Positions 25,770 to 40,820 of a stretch of 64,000 nt of DNA are shown piece by piece. The notes beneath the pieces were generated by a model. That model ran no database searches and was not told the DNA's origin. It saw only the letters and a list, made by a program, of their open reading frames with translations. The DNA lies in NCBI GenBank assembly GCA_963920595.1, contig OY986949.1, positions 5,332,001-5,396,000 on the forward strand, in the 5' to 3' direction. The position numbers were made by a program, and so were the translations under genes. Source of the stretch: Eimeria praecox (taxonomy: Eukaryota). The first letter of the stretch is position 1. Every line of letters begins with the position of its first letter.

Positions 25770-26617
25770 TGTAGGCTAAAGCATTCAATGGAAAGACGTG
25801 TCTGGGGCCTTTCGCATTTCAAAGGATGCCCATATTTCAAATGCTAGCGCTTCGGCTACAGTTTCCTAGTGTTCTCGTGCTCAAGGGCACCGAAAACGAA
25901 AACACCACCCCAAAATTGAGCAAAGGACTGTCGTTCCTGAGCTGGCATCAGCTTTTTGCGGAAGCTATGTCAAAGGCTGGTGGTCCGCGGCGCCGCCGAC
26001 TTGTTTCTTACATTAGGGAAAGAGGACCTCCTGCCGGAAAAACTGGTGGAGTGAGAAAAGCATCTACTAATACATTCCGAAGGATTTTCTACTTAGGACA
26101 AGTTGGTAATTTGTGAAATTAAAAGGGCTTCCGACGGTCACTTAGCCCGCTGGCCTGCGATCAGCCCCCGGTCATCGTGGTCATGCGTTGTGCAGCCGAC
26201 TGGACAGAATTGCCCCTTTTTCTGTAAAAATTAACACAAAAGGTAAATAAAAGCAAATGTGAACGGATTTTAATTTTTTATTATGCCCGAAGTTGTGCCT
26301 TTCTGAGCTACGGACAGCGTACAGAGCAATACGGCTCATCCGTTCTGCGTTTGCAGCCTAAGGCGCTGATAAGCCAGCGAGGCGAGGGCGAGATCTTACC
26401 AAATTTACTTCCACAAGTGAAGGTCCAATTGTATTTTTCAAAATACTTCAGCAAAACTGTCGCAGCCGTTATCATTGTTGGCCGTCCACCACAGAACCGA
26501 GTGCCCGCCAGCCAGCGGCAAACCCTCCGGCTGCCCTGCTGGGACTGTATCGGGGACTGGAACTATGGGCAAAGAACAAACAAGGCTATAATTATAACTT
26601 ACTCTCATCCAGCAACG

Positions 26618-27136
26618 ATGTCTAAAAGCGTCGGCTTGCCCTGTCCTTCTGGGCAAGCTGGGAACCCAGCGCCAATGAAGTCCCCGAATGCCAACAACGC
26701 TCCTGAGGTCACAGCACCAGCTGATCTTGGCTTGGGCGTGAATGCAGTCGAAGAGCAAGTCAGTTCCTTTGCGTATGTGCAGACAGCTCATCAAGCCCAT
26801 GGGAGGCCTTCATATGGGTCCCCTTTTGCATTGTGATTTCAGTTTCCCCAGTATGTCGTTTACTTGCTTGCTTGTTCGCATCCCTATGTTTCTTTGCAGC
26901 TCGAACAGCTCACTCAACTGGTTCAGAAGCTCACAGCGCGCATTGCTAGTGAAGAAGACTCTAGGGAACTCTTGAGGGCTCAGCTTGACGAGGCATATGC
27001 GGCAAGCCAATACTCTAAGCAGAAACGAGCAATGCCTTTATGCTGGGTTTCACAGTTTCGTTGCCTTCTGACAGAGGATGCATACTCACTCGCCTGATGG
27101 TTCTTTATATAGTAATCATTGTATCAGATATATATA

Positions 27137-27217
<81 letters not shown>

Positions 27218-29226
27218 TCTGTGGCTGTGTCTCTGTATGTGTGTGTGCCTGCTGCACATCTCTATATGCATGCATATTTTTATTGTTCTGCACATTCTCA
27301 TTTGACGGTATTTGCAGCAACTGGCAGACGCCCGCACTGAACGCCCATTAGCCCCCTTCGAGGGGGGCCGTCCTATGCAGCCTGAACTTACGTAAGAAAT
27401 GCGAAGTGCCACCTACTTTATAGCATGTGCAGTCTTTTTTAAGAGGGGGGGTTGGGGTTTCGTTTTTCTTTTCTGTTTTCCTTTTGGGGGGTGGGGAGGG
27501 AAAGCGGTGGCCAACAATGGGTTCATTTCGCTAGATATGCCTTTCATTGCGCTGCATGTCTGATACCTCAGGTGGCACGAAACAAATCAACAGCAGCTGA
27601 CTAAGGTAGGAAGGCCCCTGAATTAGTCCGTTGTATAAACTCCTTTGAAGCGCATTGCAACCGAATTTACCACAGCTCCCTAGAATTGTGCCTTCTGCAG
27701 GCTACACGAACAGCTGAAGAACTCCAGTATTTGTTGGAAGAAGAGCGAGCAAGAAATGCGGAAATGCGCATGCAGTATGAGCGGCAGCTTAAGTTAATCC
27801 GCAGTGGAATTCAGAAAGAAAAGCGCGATCTAAAACAGACGCTCGTTCAACAGGTTGACTTCATAGTTCGGAAATATAGAGACCTTGCAACGGAGGCTGT
27901 TGAAACGGCGCGCCAGGAGCGTCAAAAAGTGCAAACCGAGCGAATCAAAGCCCGAGAACTGGCGGAAACTGCTTGCCGAAATTTTGAAAAGGACTTGAAA
28001 GAAAGGACGAGGGTCAGTATCTGGGTCTGTTCGCTTTACGAGTGATAGGCGATGCATGCTGGTTTTGTGTTTGTTTACCTAAGTTTGTCTTCTGAGGTGT
28101 TTCTGTATTATCTATTTGTTTCCTGCCTCCAGAAAGCTCTGGAAGAATACCGCCAACTGGCTCAAGAAGCTCATAAAGCAGCACAAGCTGAGCGTGAGGA
28201 ACTGCGCACCAAGTGGTGAGCCGCCAGGCGTTCAGCGCTCTTTTGCCGCTCTAGCTGGCAGCACAAAAAAATGCATCGCGGCACCCGCTACCCATTATTC
28301 CGCTGTGTGCGCAGTGCAAACCTCGAAAAGGCAATGATCGCCAAACGCCAACAGTTTGATGCTCTCGTTATCCGCGTCAGTTGAATAGGATTATTAGATC
28401 TTCTTAGGCAACCGGGTCTTGTATACTGTGGCACCATAGTTGACGTTTCCCTCATCCTCTGCCTAAGGCTTTCTGCATGCGCATTATCTTGTTTCTGGTG
28501 CCCTCAGGAAGCCGAGAAGAGAATTCAGTGCTACAGGCTGAGCCACCAGAGTATGAAGGAACAGCTCGAACGGGAACGCAAGCAATTTGCACAGATGATG
28601 AGCGACGTAGCGCAGCGGGCAAGGCATTACTGAAATGCATGGCGGATACACTCCACTCCTGCACATAAAGCTAAATCTAAAGGCACTGGCCGCAACTGTA
28701 TATGGACCTTCCCAGTGCACTGCCGGGTGCTGTAGGTTGTAATATAGCAGTAGCCTGGGAACTTACTCATTCGCAGAATGCGACTAAACACCCTTAAATC
28801 TCAAGTTCTTGCTGCTTGATGGGGTTATTTTTTATGCAGGTTGAAAAGGAGTGCAGTGAGTACGACACAGCCATGTTAAAGGCAGTGGCGGTGTTCTGTA
28901 AAACAAAGGGTGTGGATGTCGACGAATCGACATTGCGGCAACAGCTCGGAGACATTCGTATTCAACGCTTGAAGGAATCTGGTCAGGATTCCCAAGTGCG
29001 TTGGGTTGGCGTATATTGCTGAATACTTGCGGGAACTGTATAAATAAAGCTACATTTTAATAGCGGGTTACTCCGTGCCCTCTATGCAAATTCCTTCGCT
29101 AAATGCACGCTTCAGCACTGAATGTACGGGCACTGCACTAAATGTGTGTGTATGCAGCAGCCAAATCCTCGCCCGCTAACCGTCAAATACGGCTTCCAAG
29201 CAATCACTCCCGGGAGCAAGAGCTAA
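26618..29226 (+). CDS. Coiled-coil hypothetical protein; exons ~26618-26758, 26900-27001, 27318-27391, 27572-27605, 27701-28012, 28133-28215, ~28314-28375, 28840-28995, ~29158-29226
   Basis: Phase-compatible exons give continuous E/K/R/Q-rich helical sequence (LEQLTQLVQKL..., AEELQYLLEEERARNAEMRMQYERQLK..., KALEEYRQLAQEAHKAAQAEREELR). Possibly cytoskeletal; not identified. Confidence 0.8.
27138..27210. repeat. (TG)~36 microsatellite (intronic)
   Basis: Seen directly. Confidence 0.95.
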
Positions 29227-29580
29227 TGCGCATTCGATTGCACAGTGCCGAGCGTAAGGCTTAGCAGCAGCACCAGGCCAGCCAGGGCACAGCTCTCCAA
29301 AGTGATCATTGTTCAAAATGCTGCCTGAGTGCAAATTTTTTGTTTCTAATTCGATAAGGCCGAGGGCGCAACAAACATGCCCACGGCATCCAACGACAAA
29401 GGCCAAATGACTTGCGGTTTTTGCGCAACTTCCGTGCGGAGACCATTTGAAAAATTCAAGTCTGCGCATTTCCTAAGTGCAAGGCCATCTCCCTCGAATA
29501 CAATTATCCAAAACAAATCTCTAGGTACTCATCTTACGTCCCAGCAACAAAGCAATCAGTTTTACAGGATCTAGGAATTG

Positions 29581-31988
<2,408 letters not shown>

Positions 31989-34900
31989 GCTGCCTGGAAT
32001 ACCGATAGCCAGGTAATCGAACAAAAGTATGGATATGCCTAATAAAATAATAAATATTGATAAACAATATTTTGGTATGATGATACGGGCTCAGCCACAC
32101 ACATGCAGGAATCCGCTGAATCGACTTGGCCATCCACGGAGCCTGAACTGCTCCGGGCGAATTAAGTGTGTATGGGAAGAACTGAAGACCAATGTTCACT
32201 CTAAGAAAATAAAGGGAAAAATTGTGAAATCTAAAGTCAAGTACGTTTCGAGATGGTAGGGCGCCTTGGAAGCCCAAGGACAAGAGCGTGCAAGACGATG
32301 GGGCCAACGGCATCCGTGCAGAGCCAACAGTTGCAAATCAAAGGATGTCCTTTGAAGAGCTTTTGGCTTGCCTCAAATCCTTACATTTAAACGGAGTACT
32401 ACCAATTCCGTGGTGTGGTTCGGCTGCAACATTTGTTCGTTTTCTTCCTGGTTACCCCTGGATTTGGCATCCAGGATCTGGTATTTCCTGTGGGAAGCTA
32501 TGCATTCTCGGCGAAGTCAATTTTTTTTGGCTCAAGCGCCAGCTTCTCAAGAGTAACGAGACCAGATTGCTGAGCAACACAGGAACAAATCTGTCAACCG
32601 TCCCCTCACCAGCCTTCCTGGCTCGTTGTTGGCAGAAATATGCTAAATCCGACTATCTGCTCTTTTTGCGATGGATGCTCCCATAATAACCGCATTGACC
32701 TTGCCAGCTAGTGTGTAATGGGAAAATTGGACTACTAAGCTGCTACATGCACGCATCACCTGAAACCCATTTGAGCTACGCAGTTATAAGCTGCACCTGC
32801 AACGAAGAGGCCTCGACGTCAGCAAAGGACACTCGTGAGCGGCAGTAACTTGGAAGACAAACCAAGTTATCTAAAAGCATCTTACCTAATATAAATTGTC
32901 TAGGCTTCCTGGCCATGACGGCACAAGATCCTGGGGCGGTTGCGGAGACGAGGTGGCCTATTATGAATTGCAACTGGTGCTGCAAGACAGCAGCGTCTGC
33001 TTCACTGCCCTTTGATGCATGCACAAGCACTTTACTCAACTGTTAAACTGCCTTGGCCGCCAGTAAGCAGCGTTCTTGCTGGTAGGAATGTACGTACCAA
33101 CTACAGAGAGGGGATCCTGTACGGACCATGCTCTGCGTGGTGCTGATGCTGGTGGCGCTGCTTGCTTACAGACTTAGTACGGAGGATCAAGTAAGTGCTT
33201 TAAGACCGTGTAAACTACTGTATGCAATGCTAAAGCATGCGGCGAAGGGGCATTGGTTTTTGCGTGAATGTTGGGGCAGCAACAAGGCGCGTTGGGACCC
33301 ATGGGAGGCTGGCCCGTATCCCCACCAAACCAGGCCATTGGGCAGCTGCGCCTAGGGTGTCTGGAGGTTGGTGTTGCAGCCCACAACGGTCTTAGGCTAA
33401 GGTCGAGGACTCTCTTTAGAGTGCGTCTGGCCCCCACCCTCTCCCCCCAGCAGCAAATACCCTTATGTGCATGCTGGCTGCCAAGCAGGTAGTCTGTAGA
33501 CCGGGAGAATTTCATGTTGTTTCTTATGGTTCAATAGCGCTGCACCTCTCGCTGTTGCATCCTTGCTGGTGCAACTCTTGCTGTTGAAATTCGTCCTTTT
33601 ATGGCTGCAGTTGCTGGCGCTGCTGTCTCTCGCGCAGCTGCAGGTATCATGCGTGCTGCAGCTCCTGCTGCTACGGTTGGTGCTGGGCCTGCTGGCATGG
33701 CTGGTGGCATCGTCGATGTTGGCGCCGTTGCTGCTGCTGTCATTGGTATTATTGTTATCGTCGTTACTCTTGCTAGTCTCACTGATACTAGTGTTGTGAC
33801 TGTTATTGCTGCTGGCGGTGCTGTTGCGGCTTCCTCCAGTGACGACACTCAACACACCACCACACTTGGCGTGCGTTTGCTAATGGAGCTTTTCTATGCT
33901 AAATATCACCTGCGGGTACCCAATTTGGTGCTGCCTGAGGAAAAGCTACCGTTTCTGTTGCTGCGGCTTTTGCTGCTGCTGCTATTGCATTTGAGCGCAT
34001 GGCGTCGTGATATCCGAGGACTACGACAGGTCACTGCAGTTCCCCTTTCCTGGCTCCTTGCTTTGTAGTCACTTCTTAATTTAGGCCCCCCCAAGCGAAT
34101 GAATCTACCCGAAACTGCAGCAGGCGTACTCCCTCAATGCGCTCATAATGTAGGGCTCGTCCCAGCTCCAAAAGGCCACCCATCCCCAAAGCATGAAAAA
34201 GCCAAAATTCTATCGAAAGTGGCCTCGACCTACCTATTCATGGGCCATTCGATCTGCTATAACTGAGCCGGAAAGGGGACGAAGTGGAAACACTTGCTAA
34301 GTGTTTCCAGCAGCAGCCTAAATAGTGTCACACACTGACTGATGTAATCCCTCTATAAAAATTTTTGAGAGACCCCCTAAAATCGGGTTAAGGGTCTGCC
34401 AACTGTGCACCATTTCAGATTCGAAAGTGTTTCGCGTCTATAGCTGATAGTATTTAGGACAAGCGAGGGCATACTCCTCTGCTGACGAGTATATCCTAGA
34501 CAGCCAAATGGCCTGGCCATTACCTAAATCGTTGTGCTTACTCCAGTACACCCCACAAAAGCATGGTCGTGCATCCGGTGCAAAATGACTGTGAAGAGTG
34601 GAGCTGAAATGTATTGTCGGCGGAGTCCACGCACTTTTAGGTATCTCAAGAAGTCGCCGTCTAAACTGTAGCGCTTAACCCGTTGCACTTTGTTCACGGC
34701 ATGAAGGCCTGCATCCGCTTGAGTGTAAAAGGAGTGAAGAGAAGGCAGTTTAAACAAGCTCAGTTTGCCTAGATGGTACTGCACAAAAAGCGTGCTTCAG
34801 CGACCAGGCTGCCCATGCCTGTGATACACTTGGTGGCCAAGCCACAATGCGTAAGCGGGCAAAGCCACCGATTAACTCTTTTTCTGTGGAAATCTTCTTA

Positions 34901-37026
34901 AGTGTTCGTCAGATGTGTCAAGATTTGAAGGTGAAGCGGAAATATCTACAATTTCATTAGCTACCTTCGCTCAGAAGTAACTAAGTAGACTCCAGAAGCA
35001 TTTGAACACTGGACATTTCCTGCGCTAAGCCAAGGGTCGGCTTCCTTTCCCTTCATTCATACGCACGCAGCTGTGGACTTCTCCCTATACATCAGGGAAC
35101 ATAAATAGTGTTCGGCGTACTTGGCGCGCTCCACTTCCCAATATATTAAGTAAAGCAAAGAAGGCGATACACCTTGAACTCTTACTGCATTACAACCAGC
35201 ATCGTAGCGGCAAATTGCATATCGTGTTCTTGCATCACTGATCTGTATTTGCTGGAAGGCGGCTGATTAGTCCATGGCGGCACATCTTTCCATGCACAGT
35301 AGGTGACCACTTTACAGCACGAAGGCCAATGCTTTGCCCCAGCGTGCAGCGAGGGAGAGCTCGTCCCTGATGAATTTCCTGAAAGCGAATTCTTAAAGGC
35401 GGTGGAAAGGAACCGTCAACGTTAGCGTGCTTCCACACTCAGATACTATTACGTGTAGTTGCAGAATCATGCTGCCATTCATTGAGCCCTATAAGAGTAT
35501 CCCTCGAATGCCGATGAAATTAACCCTATCCTGATTAGGCATACGAACAAGCTGGCACAACCATTTTGTGGCCTTTGATGTAGTCATAGGCGCCCCCTCT
35601 CCGCACAGCACAGGAATCTGCACTACCACAAGAGCACACTTAACTGAATCAACGGCCACTGTCTACTCCTATGTGAGATTGCAGAGTTAGTCGACCCTGA
35701 TCTGTGGCTTGCCGGCCATTTGAATGCTGAAGCAAGTACTCAGCAGCTCGCGTTGACCCGCGCGCCCGACGTATCGAGGACAAGTCTGCATGGCACTCTG
35801 TGGTTTTGCACATGCCAAGCAGCCTCTTCGGCGGCACTGGTCATTTTCCCTAATGCCTGCAGGCTTTCTTCCTCAGAAGAATATAGCGTACTGGATACAA
35901 CTGGGTAATTAAAGTACTATAGGCTCTATGTGTAACCTGCAAGGAAACGAGCTTGCAAAAGCACCTGTCACCTTCGTGCATACGATAAGCAACACAGAAG
36001 AAGTGGGGAGGAGCTCCCACTGAACGATTGCTGCTGCATACAGTTAGACTCAAAAGCTGTGCAAGCAAGGAAGGATGACCCAGACAGGCCTGTTCCGAGA
36101 TGGAATGCCGCTTGTCTCTTACATGCAAGGTTCCTCTGCGTCAAGCATCAGCTCAAGGTGTCATGAACCAGAATTTTAAAGTCTGGTCTAATGAATTGCA
36201 TGTACGCTTTAAGTTGTGGTGTTAGAAATGCCTCCTACTGCAATCGGGTGCATGAGCATAATCCATGTTGTGTCAGTCCCGGCGCACCGAAACTACAAAG
36301 AGGCGCAGCATACAATTCACCCTGCAGCTGAGCCAGGCCCTCGGACTCAATGCCAACGGCAGCGCCCCGAGCAGGTCCCACCCGCAGTACCCACACCTTT
36401 TAATCAGGAAGACAAAAGAAGTGACGGGGTTCATACCTTGGAGTACAACAGTGCCAAGGAGGAGTGCCTCATGGACCGCCACTGGCCAAAGAGTGGCGTC
36501 TCCTCGATGGCATGCCTCAGGCTGCAAGTTTGCAAACCCTCTCAAGAACGCCCATGATATGGTAGCCGTCCTGATTTGATGCAGTCCCCACGTGGCATAA
36601 CAATGCAGCTTCCTCAACGCCTCTGCTCCCCTAATACCCTCAATTTCCGGAGCTCCTACATGGCGACTGCATTCATCCTTTACGCTCTGTTTGCCGCTTG
36701 GCGTGCATCTGAATGTGACTTACATATGTGCTTTTTAGCTCACTTAAGGGCTAGATGCTACCTTCCAAGCCCGGAATTCCGGCAACAGTGTATTCATGAA
36801 ATCATTCGTAAGTGTGCCATGCAGAAGGGCATAATACTAGGGTGTGCGGTAACGCGCAGAGGACACTTAGAGCTTCTCTGCGTCTCGCGTCAGTGCGCTG
36901 CACAAGCTCAAATTGTCAGAGCCAAACAAAATGTCTTGCCTGTTGTTCAGCTCCGGCTAAAGACATATAATTGCCAATAAGGGTGAAGGATGCAAGCCAA
37001 GATTCAGGACTCCGCAGCCTGCATTC

Positions 37027-39414
37027 CTAAGGAGGACCAAACTGCGGAAGGTAAGGCATCAGGTGGGCTAGCATGAGCTTGTCAACCATCAGCGACCTCT
37101 GGTGGTTTGCCTCCTCTGCACAAGCTGCTCCCGGTGCTTCTTCTTCACGAGGAGAGCGCTCACTGCCCGAGTCCCCATCGTCACTCGACATCACATTGTT
37201 ATCGACAGGGGCTTTACGCTTCTTCTTATGCGCCACTGCACGACTTACATTACCTTGCAGGGCGTTTCCGATGGGCTGCAATCGTTCCAAAAGTGCCAAA
37301 CTATCCGCTGCCCTGTTTCTCCCTCGCGATGCCGCTTCAACGCGCGCGCAGTACTCCGCATCCAAGCCGCTGAGTGCTAAAGTGTCTTCATCTGCCTGGA
37401 CTGTATACACAACGCACGAGTTATTTCCCTCTTGAGCTTTCGAGTCAGAGTAGCTCTCCCTTGGTTTCAGGCTGCTCACATCCGCAGCTGCTGAGCAGCG
37501 CATGTGCTGGCGCGTGTGCACCTCCAAACTCTTTTCCGCTTGACAATTCACGATCAGCTGGCTAAGTGCAGCTGCAGTTGCTGCGTGGGGGCTAGTATAC
37601 AGAGTCAGATGGCCTGTGCGTCTGTGCTGAGAAGCTGGAGCTGCTGCCGTTGTGGCTGTGGAAGGTGAGCCGGCGGCTGCAGCAGAAAAGAGGCCAACAC
37701 TCGAAGAGAATGCAGAAACGCTGTTGCGTGGCTGTGCTGCTTCAACACCTGTTTTGGGCTTCCAATCCTTGGGACGGACGATTGAAGAAGGGGCTGCCGG
37801 TAGGCGGAAGGTGCACGATGCGTCGAGCATCCGCGCAGTGTCTTCAAGCCGCATCATATCGCCGAACAGCGCTGATGTCTCTGCACTTATTTCATACAAA
37901 GGTACTGCCTCTTCACCATCCTGTTCGGCATGGGAGTTTCTTTTGTCATCGTTCACTGTGGCAGTTGCAGATCCGCTTGCTGGAGATTCATGAGCAGCTC
38001 CCGAGGCCGAGACAGAATTCCCTCGCAACGCAAACGGCCGCTGCAGCTGCGTAGGGGCTGTCCCCGAAGCATCAGGATTAGAAGAAGCAGACGATGATAA
38101 ACACTGCCTACGGAACTGCTTGAAGAACATTGTGCCAGAGGCCTTGAGGTGTTCTGTGAGGCTGTGGCTGATTAGTGGTGAGGGCCTCTGCACAGATCCC
38201 GGGCGGCACATGTACAGCGGGGCCTGTTCGTCATCGTCGTCGCTTTCAAGGCCTGCCTTTCGTTCGATTCGCTGTCTTGATGGTAAAACCCCGCTTGTCT
38301 TTCGGATGTACTTGAGAAATCGTCCCCAAGAATGCAGCGCAGCATCAGCAGCGCGCTGTTGGTCCTCTTTGCTGTGGGCCATATGCTGCTGCAACTCCCT
38401 GGCAGGCTTCGATGCACGCGGGCTAGTCGGAGTCGGGCTAGTCGGAGTATGAGGACGCCGATCGAATGAAGGCCGTCCAATAGGCGAGGCGTTTAAATGC
38501 CGGCGGCGGGGGCAGCGAGAAGAGGGCAGCGGAGATTCTCCAGAATCGGAATCTGAAGTATCGCTAGTAGTCTCGGCCCAACGTTTGCTGTTGCGACTGA
38601 TACACTCGAGCGCCTCTGGCATCATGCATGCAGCAAATGCTCTCAACTTGCTCTCTAGAAACCCTGCCCCACTTCCCGAAGGAGAAGCAGTGCCAGTTTC
38701 ATGTCCGTTTGCCGCTTTCCTAGCGCTGGACGTCAGGCGTTTTCCCCCAGTAACACCTTTGGCAATGCACGGGCTAAGAAGTTGCTCCTTCTTCAGCATC
38801 ATCTGCTCTACCCAATGAGCTTTGAAGGCACGGATTTCCGCTGCTTTCCGGGAGTTGATGCGGCACTCAGTTATAAACAAGCCGTCGTTGGTGTCGTCGT
38901 CTTCTGTCTCGTCAATATAAACGGCCACTCCATCATCGCTCTCATGTCCGTCTGAAACACCTGAAGAAATCTGAGGCGGCGATACCTTTGATGAAGAATC
39001 AGATGTATGCTCTGATGAGACTGGGCTGTGTACGCGCTGGCCAGTAGAGCCGTGTTCCGCGCTGCGTCCGTCCAAATCACTAGCTCGTGGAGATGATCTG
39101 TGACGGATGGCTTCGAATCCGTTGTTTCTCAAATAGCACGAGCCTAAGTGCCTATCCTTGTACCCCCTCCAACTTTCTTCTTGATATTTGCCCCTAGAAA
39201 TGGAAAAATCCGTTTCCTCTGTCGTTTCTCTGAAGGGCACGGACATCGATGCTTTCACAGGAAGGAAGCTGCGCGGAGACACAGAATTTCTGTGGGGATC
39301 TGGGCTGTTCTCGTCAGCCTCTGTGCTTTCGGAAGCCAGCGGCATAGAAGGAAAGCCCGCAGGAATCCCACAAAGAGTTTCTGCCTCCAGCAGCGTGCCC
39401 CTTCCAGGACCCAT
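37027..39414 (-). CDS. Long exon (795-codon ORF) of a hypothetical Ser/Ala-rich protein, probably part of a larger multi-exon gene
   Basis: 2.4-kb stop-free frame with protein-like composition and no recognisable domain. Other protein-like minus-strand fragments at ~39630-39815, 40260-40500, 42374-42660, 43190-43330 and 44215-44395. Confidence 0.6.
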   Translation of the reverse strand: MGPGRGTLLEAETLCGIPAGFPSMPLASESTEADENSPDPHRNSVSPRSFLPVKASMSVPFRETTEETDFSISRGKYQEESWRGYKDRHLGSCYLRNNGFEAIRHRSSPRASDLDGRSAEHGSTGQRVHSPVSSEHTSDSSSKVSPPQISSGVSDGHESDDGVAVYIDETEDDDTNDGLFITECRINSRKAAEIRAFKAHWVEQMMLKKEQLLSPCIAKGVTGGKRLTSSARKAANGHETGTASPSGSGAGFLESKLRAFAACMMPEALECISRNSKRWAETTSDTSDSDSGESPLPSSRCPRRRHLNASPIGRPSFDRRPHTPTSPTPTSPRASKPARELQQHMAHSKEDQQRAADAALHSWGRFLKYIRKTSGVLPSRQRIERKAGLESDDDDEQAPLYMCRPGSVQRPSPLISHSLTEHLKASGTMFFKQFRRQCLSSSASSNPDASGTAPTQLQRPFALRGNSVSASGAAHESPASGSATATVNDDKRNSHAEQDGEEAVPLYEISAETSALFGDMMRLEDTARMLDASCTFRLPAAPSSIVRPKDWKPKTGVEAAQPRNSVSAFSSSVGLFSAAAAGSPSTATTAAAPASQHRRTGHLTLYTSPHAATAAALSQLIVNCQAEKSLEVHTRQHMRCSAAADVSSLKPRESYSDSKAQEGNNSCVVYTVQADEDTLALSGLDAEYCARVEAASRGRNRAADSLALLERLQPIGNALQGNVSRAVAHKKKRKAPVDNNVMSSDDGDSGSERSPREEEAPGAACAEEANHQRSLMVDKLMLAHLMPYLPQFGPP

Positions 39415-40780
39415 TGTGCCTCTTCCGGCACAGAAGCCGTGCCCTTGCAGCCTCTAATTATATAGAGGCCACAGGGTATTCGGGACAAACGAGGCAGGCA
39501 CCAATTTGCAAGGAGGAACGAGCGTTTGTTCGCCATGCAGATTGTGACGCTATCAGCCTGCCCTGTTGCAGCCGCCGGTCGCAGGCGTGCCCAGTGGCAA
39601 TAATGAGGCTGTTAGGATGCCTCAGCCACCTCAACGGAACAACATCTTGAAGCTTGAGACTTTCTGCTTGTCCGAAACGTCTCGATCTCGAAGGCAGCCA
39701 GGGCGCGTAAAGACACGGAAAGCCTACGCCGGAGGCTACGGAGGTGGCAAGGTCACAAAGAACGTCTGCCCCTGACGCCAGAAACCCGCAAAGATGAGCA
39801 TATAATGCCTCAAAAATGAGATAACATCGTTAAGATACACTCAAAAGGTGGAAGTCAACATCGGACTGGAGGTGATGATGGCTGCCTGCCGCCTCGCAGG
39901 GACGGATCGAAGGAGGGTGTTGACACTTATTCAAGCCCAAGTACTACCGCATGCAGCTTATTAGTCCATTCAGTCACGAAACAAAATTTTCATGTGCAGC
40001 ACCAAAACTTGCAAAGGGCCCACACTACCACCCGCAGCTCCAGGGGGTGGGTCTGGGGGCTGGTGGCTGCAGGGTTCGGCGGCAGATATTGCCTCCTTGT
40101 GGAGGCTCATCGCTATGAAAAAATCTGTTGAGACAACAATAATAATGCCCTTCCTGAGTGATTGTAGCTGGCCAAGGTCAAGCAGCCAATATCTTCATGG
40201 TTGGAAATTGTGGTGCACCGTTCCTTAGAAGAAGAACCACCACTCCGTGTGTGGCAAGGTCAGTCCGAAGTGTGGTGACGCTGGCCACTGGCAGGATTAA
40301 GAGTGTTTAACACTTGACTAGCGGCCTGCTCGCACGCCCTAGAAAGGGGCTTGAAGATGCTTCCGCTTGGACCGTGGCCGAGGGCTGTGAGAAGCTGCAG
40401 TACACTCAAACGAATTAGCATTAGAGTTTCCACAAAGCTCCCAGGCACCCTGGGCACAGTGGCCCAAGGGCGTGGGGCTGATGCGAAGAGTCGGTGGTCT
40501 CGAATGATATGCAATGTCGCAGCAGCTGCTGCAAGGAGACAATGCATGAAAGCGAGTCCGACCTCCCTTTTGATGCATAAACTTACGCTTTAGACGATTG
40601 TTAAACGCTTGATTCCCCCTTGGCAGATAGCCTGTATGCAAGCAGAAGCGCATATTCTAGCTTCAGGTAGACGGTGCTGCATGCTGTCTGGAGAATTTAT
40701 TCTAGCAGAGGGTGCTGCATCACAGGGCAAGCCGTCTCTGCCTAATATGCTCCGGGAGTTCTTGCCTCTGTCAGTGGGAT

Positions 40781-40820
40781 GGCTGATGATCAGGGGAGAG
40801 GCTGATGATCAGGGGAGAGG
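40781..40820. repeat. 19-bp perfect tandem duplication
   Basis: GGCTGATGATCAGGGGAGA x2 followed by GG. Confidence 0.9.

Noticed and set aside
33463..34094. Overlapping ORFs on both strands in a GCT-rich tract
   Set aside because: The open frames are explained by stop-poor trinucleotide composition. Strand and frame cannot be chosen, though a real gene is not excluded.
37073..39650. Plus-strand ORFs antisense to the 795-aa ORF (similar shadows over SUV3, the monooxygenase and L12)
   Set aside because: Antisense shadow ORFs of GC-rich coding sequence, with no independent motifs.
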